Source of the DNA: Eledone cirrhosa | Lineage: Eukaryota | Reading direction: 5' to 3' | DNA length: 64,000 nt | Assembly (NCBI GenBank): GCA_964016885.1 | Contig: OZ024741.1 | Coordinates: 27,838,001 to 27,902,000, forward strand | Shown: in pieces, positions 54,381 through 64,000 of the stretch | How positions within the stretch are numbered: position 1 is the stretch's first letter | Layout of the letters: every line of letters begins with the position of its first letter | Translations under genes and position numbers: made by a program | The notes under the pieces: model-generated | What the model saw: the letters and a program-made list of their open reading frames with translations, nothing else | Told to the model about the DNA's origin: nothing | Databases searched by the model: none

Positions 54381-55106
54381 GCTATTTAAACGTATGTTAT
54401 TACTCTAAGGATCTACCCTTGTCAAGTGCTTTGCTAACTCATTCATATCGTAGGTCGAATTTGCTTGCACACCGCCAAAGATTCGATTTTACCAAGCCTC
54501 GAATTATATTATTTTCTCCTAGATTTAATAATTAACTAATTAATTTAATTAGACAATTCTGTTGATTGGTTAATTATTTATGTTTGTTTAATAACATCTG
54601 GTTGAGAGCTTCTGAATGTTAGCGGAAATTATAATATTTCCTTTGTCTAACACTTTGAATGACCCGCCAAAAAACCGGGGGTTATTTCCCTTGTTGGAAA
54701 TAACACATGACAACTAAATGTTCGAATCGCTGCTGTTAGCGGCACCATTTAGTGTTTCACCCCGTTCTTTGGTAGAATGAAATTCCTGTTGATGAAATGA
54801 GTTCTCTGTTCGATCATGAATACCACGAGCTTGCCAGTTATGTAAGTCTGATATTTGATTTTGGATTCATAGAAACACTTTAAACGTATAACGTTTGATT
54901 TGTCTAGGTGTATTTTTTCAACCTGTTAGTTCTTTCGTTACTTTGGTATTGTGTGTTAGATTTTGCCTACCACAATGTTCAATTTGTCAGGCTATTTAAA
55001 CGTATGTTATTACTCTAAGGATCTACCCTTTGCTAACTCATTCATATCGTAGGTCGAATTTGCTTGCACACCGCCAAAGATTCAATTTTACTAAGCCTCC
55101 AATTAT
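54381..55106 (-). mobile_element. Probable Penelope-like remnant bounded by about 120-bp direct repeats
   Basis: Direct repeats at 54381-54507 and 54991-55106 (GCTATTTAAACGTATG..AAGCCTC). The interior has weak GIY-YIG-like traces and lies next to the hammerhead. Confidence 0.55.
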
Positions 55107-55399
55107 ATATATATATATATTTATACATACACACATGCCTACACACACACACAAATATATAAACACACATCTATACATACATTCGTACATACATACTGGA
55201 AGAAAGACATTTGAAATAATAGAAGGAGCGAAAATAAGTGTTTACAGTATACATTGGTTTATGTCAGATGAGATCCATTTCTTTAGATGTCAACTACTTA
55301 GAGTACACACTAAAGATTTCTTTAGCCACAGGGATACAATAAACATAAACAATGGTTGGGGTTGGACAAAGTTATATATACAACAGTAAATCTTATAAA

Positions 55400-55571
55400 C
55401 AGTGCTGGATTTAGGACAAATGACGCCCTGTGTTAGTTAAGCTATGAGGCCCTTTACTTGGGCCCTGAAGGAGGTAAGAAACTTTTGGGGCAGGAAGATG
55501 CCCCCCCTCCCCCCTGGCCAACGGAACCCTGTGCTTAAGCACACCTAAGCACAATGGTAAATCCGGCATTG
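55400..55571. mobile_element. Short MITE with 14-bp TIRs (hAT-like)
   Basis: CAGTGCTGGATTTA ... TAAATCCGGCATTG, with no clear target-site duplication. Confidence 0.55.
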
Positions 55572-55589
55572 ATAATGGTTGTAGCTGGA

Positions 55590-55765
55590 CAAATCCTAAC
55601 CCGTCCCACCCTTGCAAGCAGGGAAAAGCAGATGTAAAGTGATGATATATAATGGAGGCACATGGCTTAGTGGTTACAGCATTGGCCTTGCAATCGAAAG
55701 GTTCAATTCTCAGACCGGGTGATGTGTTGTTTCCTTGAGCAAGACACTTTATTTCACATTGCTCG
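55590..55765 (+). mobile_element. SINE tail followed by a SINE head of the 32080 family
   Basis: CCCGTCCCACCCTTGCAAGCAGGGAAAAG, then GGAGGCACATGGCTTAGTGG..CAAGACACTTTATTTCACATTGCTC. Confidence 0.8.
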
Positions 55766-56009
55766 GTATGCAAATGAGGCTTCTCAGCTGATGTGTACTT
55801 AAGATACTATATATTTTCAACCGTTCAACAGACTGGCAGAAATATACAGACCCGATGAAGAGTAATGACCCAGAAACATGTTGATTGTTCCTCAGAGCCA
55901 GTGTTGAACAAACAGCTGACGATCGGTCACCGGCACAGCACAGCTTCAAATCGGGCCGTTTGTTTACAAACGAATCGAACATTATTATTAATGTTCGATA
56001 TAACCCATA

Positions 56010-56058
56010 CGTACATACATATATATATATATATGTACGTACATATATATATATATAT

Positions 56059-56090
<32 letters not shown>

Positions 56091-56190
56091 GTACGTATAT
56101 ATATATGTACGTACATTATATATATATATATATATATACATACATACATATATATACATATATATATATATATATACATACATACATATA

Positions 56191-56222
<32 letters not shown>

Positions 56223-56339
56223 CATATATATATACATACATACATACATATATATATACATACATACACACATATATATATACATACATACATACATATA
56301 TATATACATACATACATACATACATATATACATACATAC

Positions 56340-56411
<72 letters not shown>

Positions 56412-56417
56412 GTACAT
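56010..56417. repeat. (TA)n/(TACA)n microsatellite
   Basis: Direct inspection of the sequence. Confidence 0.95.
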
Positions 56418-57673
56418 ATCATCATCATCATCATCATCATCAACGTTTAACGTCCGTGTTCCACGCTTGCATGGGTTTGGACGGGGGTAGTCCCACTTGA
56501 GGCAAGAGTGATTGTCTTGCTCGCATAGGACTGTCTGGCAGGTTTTCTAGAGTTGGATGCCCTTCCTAACACCAACCACATTTACAGTGTGGGTCTGGGA
56601 GGTTTTTACCGTGTTGCCTACACGGCCACATTACAGCGTGGACTGTGTGTTTTTTTGTCGTGACACCTACACGATCTCATTTGTTTCGGCCTGGATGGCG
56701 CGGCACCAACATAACTTTACATAGAACGGGGTGGTGTGGATGGGGTGGGGGTGGTGGCGGGACGGGGTGTATTTTGTTAGAGATGCCTACTGGCAAGGCG
56801 GGTCTTCTCTGTTACTGAGTACCGCCAAAGGTCTTGGTCCAGTGACATTGTCTTGGAGAGGTGTAAGTGTGTGAGGTCGGAGTTTATCAGCTCATCCCAG
56901 GTTTTTCTAGGTCTGCCTATTCCGTGGCTACCGTCTATCTTTATTGCCCTGCACTTTGTTATACAGCTATCGACTTTCATGCGCATCACATGTCCATACC
57001 AACGCAGCCTTCTCTCGAGTAAACAACATCTGATCCCTCTTATCTCTAATTTTTTCCTTAGTTCGTTTATGCTTTGCCGTTCACGTATATTACTGTTACA
57101 CATCCAGCGGAGCATGCAAGCTTCGTTCCTCTCTAGTCTGCGTATATCCTCTGCACACAATGCCCAGGTCTCACTACCATGCAACATTGCTGTTCGTATG
57201 CAGGCATCGTACAACCTGCCTTTCATTTTTAGGGAGAACCCTTTAGCAGCTAATAGTGGTATAAGCTCTCTGAACTTTTTCCAACCAGTTCTGACTCTAG
57301 CTACAGTACTTTCAGAGCACCCTCCCCCACTGCTGATTTTATCGCCCAGGTAACGGAAGCTGTCCACTATTTCTATAGAACCCTCTGCGCAATTGAAAGA
57401 GCTAGTATTTTGTGGGCACTTGCTGCTACTTATTGCACCAGAACACCGGCCACATGTAAAATCTATGTTCTTAGTTAGCTTACCTGTGATCCCACTACAT
57501 CTTTTATGCACCCATACTTTGCATTTAGGACATAAAATGGAGTTTCTACCTATGCCTTTCCTACACACCGAGCACGACCATTTCCCAGAAGGGACCGCCG
57601 CCTTGTTTTCTTTCCTACAAACTAGAACTTTGGTCTTAGCCAGGTTAATTTTAAGTCCTTTTGACTCTAGGCC
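56418..57673 (-). pseudogene. 5'-truncated RTE-clade LINE with an open C-terminal ORF of about 298 aa (56777-57673), 3' UTR and (GAT)n tail
   Basis: Motifs GLKINLAKTKV, a Cys/His finger, FRYLG, KGRLYDAC, LRWYGHV and GRPRKTW. Confidence 0.92.
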
Positions 57674-58229
57674 ATATATATATATACATATGTATGTGTG
57701 TGTGTGTATGTATGTATATATGTATGTACGTGTGCATATATATATACATATATATGTATATATATATATATATATATTATATACAGAGTCATCATCATAA
57801 ACAAGGTTCCAATACATGTGAGGCTGGATAAAGATATATCATATTAAAAGACAAGGGGTAGGGGGAAAGATATACAATTCACAGATTAATGCGATAAAAC
57901 ATGAAATGTGTATAAATGTATAAAGGCACAATAATTAACACGAGATATGATATAAAACATTAAAAAAACATTTAGTAAATAATAATAACAATAATAAAAT
58001 AATAAAGCGAGGTGAACTGGTGAAGGTATGGAGTATAGGATTGTAATATGACTGACATCATAGACGTCTGGAGATAGAAACTGAAGAGTGGATGGGGAAT
58101 ACAGACGTGAAAGAAAGAACATTTTCCCCCAGCTTAAGGTGCAAAATAATATTTCAATATGGCAAATAAATGTGATCCCACCTCAACACACCCAAAATAT
58201 ATAGTGATGTGTATTATAATAATCGCTTA

Positions 58230-58500
58230 GTCATGGTGATTACGACGGTGCTGTTAATGATGGCGGTGATAATTATGACGCCGGTGGTGATTATGACGAT
58301 GATGTTATGACGGCGGTGGTGATTATGACGATGTTGTGGTGATTATAACGGTGATACGATGATGATTATAAAGGTGATGCTATTATGATGATTATGACAG
58401 CGATGCTATGATGATGATGACAATGGTTATTATGAAGTCGGTGATTGTGATTATGACGACGATGATTATGACAACCAAAATGATGACGGTTCTATGACAA
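58230..58500. repeat. Degenerate (GAT)n / GATTATGAC low-complexity tract
   Basis: Direct inspection of the sequence. Confidence 0.8.
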
Positions 58501-59516
58501 TTTCATAGTTTGTCACCTGTGTGTGTGTGTGTGTGTGCGTGCGTAAGGGAATAAATATTAACAGTGGGTCGATTTACTAACAACATCTACACTAGGCTAA
58601 GTAAAAGAACCAGAGTTACTTGTTCCAATGATCAGTGCTAAGTCAGAGGTGTCGCCTCTGGAAGGATTCGAAACAAGAACGTAGACAGGAGAGAAGGCAG
58701 GGATAAATTAAAGGGAGTGTAGCCAATATCTAACAATATTTAAAGTTTAAAAGGGTTCAAAATAGATTTGTATACTTTAATTTCAGACTGCTAACATATT
58801 CCATAGAAAATTATAATTGATTTGACACATTCCCCCACCTTACCTCCCGGCTACCGATTAAATGGTTTAGTTTGGCACCAGATGCAAGATCAATCAACCC
58901 CCGAGAGAAAGGATGTAAAAATTAAACAGTGTAAAGGGCAGCGGATGGTGAATATCCCGGAACGGACGAATTCACAAAACCGCTGAACAAGGTGAAAAAT
59001 CAGGAGTTTCAGAATGTTACACCATGTAAATGAATGGCCATAATTTTGTGTATTTATTTGAATTCTAGTTTTAAAGAAGGAAATATACGATTCCGCAAAA
59101 TATATCTTTTTTCATTTTTGGCTGCTATTTCTGTGCCAGAAAAAAAAGATATGCACAATTTTACATGGCACTTATTTCTAAGGCGTGTGGTCAAGTGGTT
59201 AGATTGTAGGTTCAATTCATGAACCGGTCGTAGGTTCAGTCCTTGACCAAAATAATTTCACGTTGTCATGACCAGCAGATTGTATCAGCAATGTTAAGAG
59301 TTCAATGTATAAATACGTATGTAAAAGAAATGGGTGTTTTCGCAATGAAAAAGAAATCTCTTCTGTATATATACGTATACTCTAAGGAAATAAGAGACAC
59401 ATTGAATAATTATAGTCCCAGACCCACAGTGACCAGTAGGACAGGATGGTCGTGGCTGGAGAACCTTTGGTCAGTCTGCTGAACAACGATTAACATGTGT
59501 AGTACCAACAATAATT

Positions 59517-59695
59517 GTTTCTACTTTTGGCACAAGGCCAGAAATTACCAGTAGATTACTGGTACTTTATTTTTTATCGACCCCGTAAGGATGAAAGGCA
59601 AAGTTAACCTCGGCGCGATTTGAACTCAGAATGGCAAGGGGCATAACTATGCGTCAAAGCATAGTGTCCGACCCTCTACCGATACTGCCAATCCA
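59517..59695 (-). mobile_element. tRNA-derived SINE of the GGGGTCGATAAAATAAGTACCAG family
   Basis: Matches 35705-35885. Confidence 0.75.
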
Positions 59696-60944
59696 ACCAA
59701 CAATAATGATTTCTAATTTAGCCACAAAAGCAACGATTTGGGGTGTGACTGATACTTTATTTTATCGACCCTTGAACACAATTGTAATACTCATAAGGTT
59801 GACTGACATCTAGGGGCCCATCAATTCTCTCCCTCTTTTGTCTGTAGTGAGGTAAAAGATTGAAGTGTCAGAGGGGACCCGAAATACATGAAATCCTAGG
59901 GTAGGTAAATCGCCAGGTTTTTATACTTTGGGGCACTTCAGAATATTTCGGGTGGGCATTTGCAGGGAACGTATTCCAGGGCGTTTTTTGTTGTTTTTTT
60001 AAAACTATTTTCTAAATATAAGGGTGTACCATTGAAAAGTAGGGGGTGGGTGGTAATGTTATCCACTGCCCCTCTCCTTGGCGACGGACTCGGCCATGGG
60101 TAAATATAGCTCTGCACTTGGAAAGATGAAGCGTAAAATTGATCTCAGCCGGATTTGAACTTGACAATAACAGCAGTAAGTGAACATAAGCGGCAACAAT
60201 TCTTATATAGAATAGATGATGATGAATCCGTCGTCAAGGGGAGCACAGGATGCCGCTCTCCCTATCTTTCAATGGTGCACTCTCAGTTTAGAAAAATGAT
60301 GATATGTTTATTCGGAAAGTCCGCCTTGGAATTATTGCAAATTAGAATGACCATCCAGAATGTTCTGCATCAAAGCTTGACGACGGGCCACTATGATAAA
60401 TAATGTTATTGTTTGAAATCTACGGATGTTATGTATGAAATGGGTTGGGAGTTAAAAAAATATAATCAATGCCAATATCTCAATATAATATGAAATAAAT
60501 CGAAACAAGAATATACGAGAAAGAAATCCATTGTAGTAAGTGAGATGAGTAAGATGTGTCGGTGTACTGAGGTTGATAAGGTCCAGTTGCTCCACGTTCA
60601 AATCTCGCAAATATTCTATACCATTACTTAAAACATTTTGTTTGTGAGCGGGGATGAGGGCAGGGCTGGGCAGGACAGAGCAGGGAATTACAAGACGGAG
60701 CTGTCTCGATAGAAGCATCCTTTTGATCATAGGTCTGCCTGATCAGGCCTGACCTGTGGCTAAACAAAATTAACAACATCCGAAAATCGATAATCCACCT
60801 AGTGATACACTGAAATCGTTCGATCCATCATTACTCATCACACACACAATCAAAACACACTTGAGAGAGAGAGAGTGTGTGTGTGTATTATCAAAATATA
60901 TAGAGATCCAAAATAAATAAGAAACTAATGACATTGTTTTTTAA

Positions 60945-61600
60945 TCCCCCCACCCCCCACTATCTGTACCTATTTTCCTCCCTCTCTCTGTCTCACTATC
61001 TCCCTCATTCCCTCTATATGTGTCCCACTCTCTCCTACCATCCCTCTATCTGTCTCCCCCTCTCTCTCTCTCTGTGTTTCACTCCCCTTCGTTCCCTCTA
61101 TCTGTCCCACTACCCCCACTGTCGGTGTCTCACTCCTTCCCTCCCTCTATCTGTCTGTCCCACTTTCTCCCATTCTTGGTCGGTCTGTCCCACTATCTCC
61201 CACCTTCCGTCTGTCTGTCAACCCCACTCTCTCCCACCCCCGTCTGTCTATCACATTCTCACCCACCCTCCGTCTGTCTGTCTGTCATACTCTTTCAACC
61301 TCCGTCTGTGTGGCTGTCCTACTCTTTCCCATCGTCCGTCCGTCTTTCTGTCCCATTGTCACCCACACTGTCTATCTGTCTGTCCCACTGTCCATCTGTC
61401 TGTCTCTCTCTCCCACTCCGTCAGTCTGTCTGTCTCTCCCACTCCGTCAGTCTGTCTCTCTCTCCCACTCTCTCTCAGTGTCTGTGCCACACTTCCACCC
61501 TCCATTTGTCTGCCCCACTCTCTCGCCCTTCATTCGTCTGTCTCCCCCATACCTACCACCTGCCTATTTGAAACCTCCCGCTATCCTCCTCCATCTCTCT
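60945..61600. repeat. Pyrimidine-rich low-complexity tract (TCTGTC/CCCAC motifs)
   Basis: Direct inspection of the sequence. The ORFs here are compositional. Confidence 0.8.
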
Positions 61601-61728
61601 GAATCATGACTCGTGGCAGGATGAAGCAAGGAACAAATTTTCTTCGCAAGACAAGTTTTGCATACAATTCCGAACTTTCTAGAGAAATCTGCGCCAATTT
61701 CTGCACACATACACACTCTCTCTCTCTG

Positions 61729-61791
<63 letters not shown>

Positions 61792-61884
61792 CCCTTATAT
61801 ATATATATATATATACACACACACGCCCCTTCTTATATATATATATATTCACTGCCTCTCTCTATCTTTCCCCTCTCTGAGCTA

Positions 61885-62085
61885 ACAACTGGCAATGTTG
61901 GTAGAGCACTGGACATTGTAGTATGTAGTAAAGGCTTTCTACGTTCTGAGTTCAAATCCCGCTGAGGTTAGCTTTGCCTTTCATCCTTACAAGGTCGATA
62001 TAACAAAGTACCAGTAGCGCGCTGGGATCGATTTAATCGAACTTTTCCCTTCCCCAAAATTGTTGGCCTTGTGCCTAAATCAGAA
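61885..62085 (+). mobile_element. tRNA-derived SINE
   Basis: B box GAGTTCAAATCC followed by TTTGCCTTTCATCCTTACAAGGTCGATATAACAAAGTACCAG. Confidence 0.75.
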
Positions 62086-62263
62086 ATAATAATTATTTTT
62101 TTATTATTATCGCAATGGTAAATTCTAGACGGAGCGAATATGCGATTCGATTTCGAGAAGGTGGTGAGATAATACGATATACAGAGAGAGAGAGAGAGAG
62201 TAGATTGAGGGGACCGGAAAGAGAATGAATGAATGAACAATAAAAAATGGAGTGTGTGTGTGT

Positions 62264-62296
<33 letters not shown>

Positions 62297-62774
62297 GTTT
62301 AACCATCGTCTCAGTGTGTTTGGCGTTTAACGTTTGTTATAGCTCTGGTTCATCTAAACCATTGAGCACTTGCCTCACATCTCGGAGGTTGTTTTTCGTT
62401 ATTTCGTGGGCCGAAATGCGAATCTCGATAATTTATGTTTGTATATCTATATATATATATATATATCCGTAGATGGTGCAGAGTAATCCTTCATTTTAAG
62501 ATCACATGTAACTTCTGGTAATTTCTGAGACTGAAAATTTATAAACATACTCGTAATGTACGTCCTTGAAATATGCATATTTTGCAGGAATACATTTTCC
62601 AAGCAGTAGATTACGATTATGTTTATAATTTTTTTAACTTTGTCATTTTCACTAAACGAAATAACCGGATGTTGTCTGTGGTTTTAAAATGAAGACTTAC
62701 CCTGGAGCACTGATTCTCAACTGGGAGGCACTTGGTTCCCGGGTGTGAGAAATCCAAACTGGGAAAGAATAGCG

Positions 62775-62784
62775 TGTATATGTG

Positions 62785-62877
<93 letters not shown>

Positions 62878-62932
62878 AAATATATATATATACACGCTAT
62901 TCTTTATATATATATATATACAAAATATATAC
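62775..62932. repeat. (TA)n microsatellite
   Basis: Direct inspection of the sequence. Confidence 0.95.
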
Positions 62933-63081
62933 ATCAAATGACATACCAAACGGTAATCGGGTGATCTCGAATTAAACAGTTCACAACAACAAAATTGCTA
63001 CTTCAGGCATTAATACCGAGTGGGACCATGTTTTTTGTAAAAAAACGATATTTATTTCATATATGTGTATATATAGGTGTG

Positions 63082-63119
<38 letters not shown>

Positions 63120-64000
63120 AGAGGTTTGAAATACTTGTTAATATAGTGTTCATGTGAAAAATTACTATATGGGGAGAGAATTGGGAAATCTGGGATTGCA
63201 AAGGGAGAAATGTGGCCTAGGTTTCTGAGAACCACTTACTATATAGAACAAAAAAAAATAATATAAACAAACTATGAGTTTAGTCAAGTGAGACACCACT
63301 ACTACCACCAATACAACAACAACAGTCATAACTACGAATCCCCTAACAATCCAAAATTATCACCACCAAGCAGTACCACAACAAATCACTCACTCGAGCT
63401 AGCAGCCAAATCACCCTCAAATTACACCCTGCCATCTGAAAAAGGGAGAGGGCACGTTGCATAATCTCATGGTGGGTACTCTGAAACAAAAACAACAGGA
63501 GCTGTCTTTGATCATAGAGCTTGTTCGATGAGGGTTGACCTGGAGCCAACCACAACATCAACAAACACAAGTATACCTCAATAATCACCAACCATTACAA
63601 GACGAGGGAGCATCTACTTGGTCGCTAGACATGCTAGAAATAGCAGCCAAATATCTCTCAAATCACACGCTACTGTTTCAGAAAATAAAACGAAATTCAT
63701 TAATAGTGTAGTCCAGAACAGCCTTTAAAAAAGACGTGATAGTCATGGTTGGGATGTATTAGGGCTGATACGAAGCTAAATAACTAACAACAGCAGCAGC
63801 ATCCATAACAACAACTATAATGAAAACCCAATATACACTATACAGTTCGATCGTCTTTCCAATACAATAAACTATCATATGTATACAATATCACTGATAA
63901 ATTACACACACAATGATACAAACACACTGACTCACACACAAACATGACAAACACAATGACACAACAACGCTGACACACACTACACTAAGACACACTATAC

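Noticed and set aside
55255-55335. Possible minus-strand hammerhead relic (CTAAAGA..GAAA)
   Set aside because: The core is mutated and there is no convincing stem I or III.
55749-56500. ORFs rich in Y/I/M/C/V/H/T here and at 29464-30415, 32820-33253, 43092-43462 and 61581-62975
   Set aside because: They are translations of (TA)n/(CA)n/(TACA)n microsatellites.
60928-61609. Ser/Pro/Leu/Cys-rich ORFs of 224 and 183 aa
   Set aside because: This is a pyrimidine-rich low-complexity tract open in several frames, with no domain signal.
62710-63237. hAT-like MITE ends (CACTGATTCTCAA ... CTGAGAACCACT)
   Set aside because: The ends are too degenerate and no 8-bp target duplication is visible, so it is not supportable as a feature.

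Overview
This is a gene-free, AT-rich animal genomic window. It is probably from a cephalopod such as Octopus, inferred from the SINE/RTE repeat families, the 5S sequence and the dense (TA)n/(CA)n microsatellites. Bases 1-22.5 kb are one 30-bp satellite (CCATCATAAACATTCTG[A/G]CCACTACTACAC) with two binary variant positions and nested higher-order duplications of about 7.4 kb and 3 kb. Its long ORFs are repeat artefacts. Bases 22.6-64 kb are nested, decayed transposons: RTE, CR1-like and CRE-like LINE fragments, three Penelope-like remnants, Helitrons, a TTAA-flanked piggyBac-type MITE family, palindromes and tRNA-derived SINEs. The Helitrons are one 3.1-kb Rep-deleted copy and one head-to-tail dimer. 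I found no intact host gene. The most notable items are an intact type I hammerhead ribozyme with a long stem II (54245-54339, minus strand) plus two degenerate ones, an unclassified 1.1-kb element with long repeat-containing inverted termini (33583-34710), and a 5S rRNA copy fused to an RTE-type tail (29247-29426).
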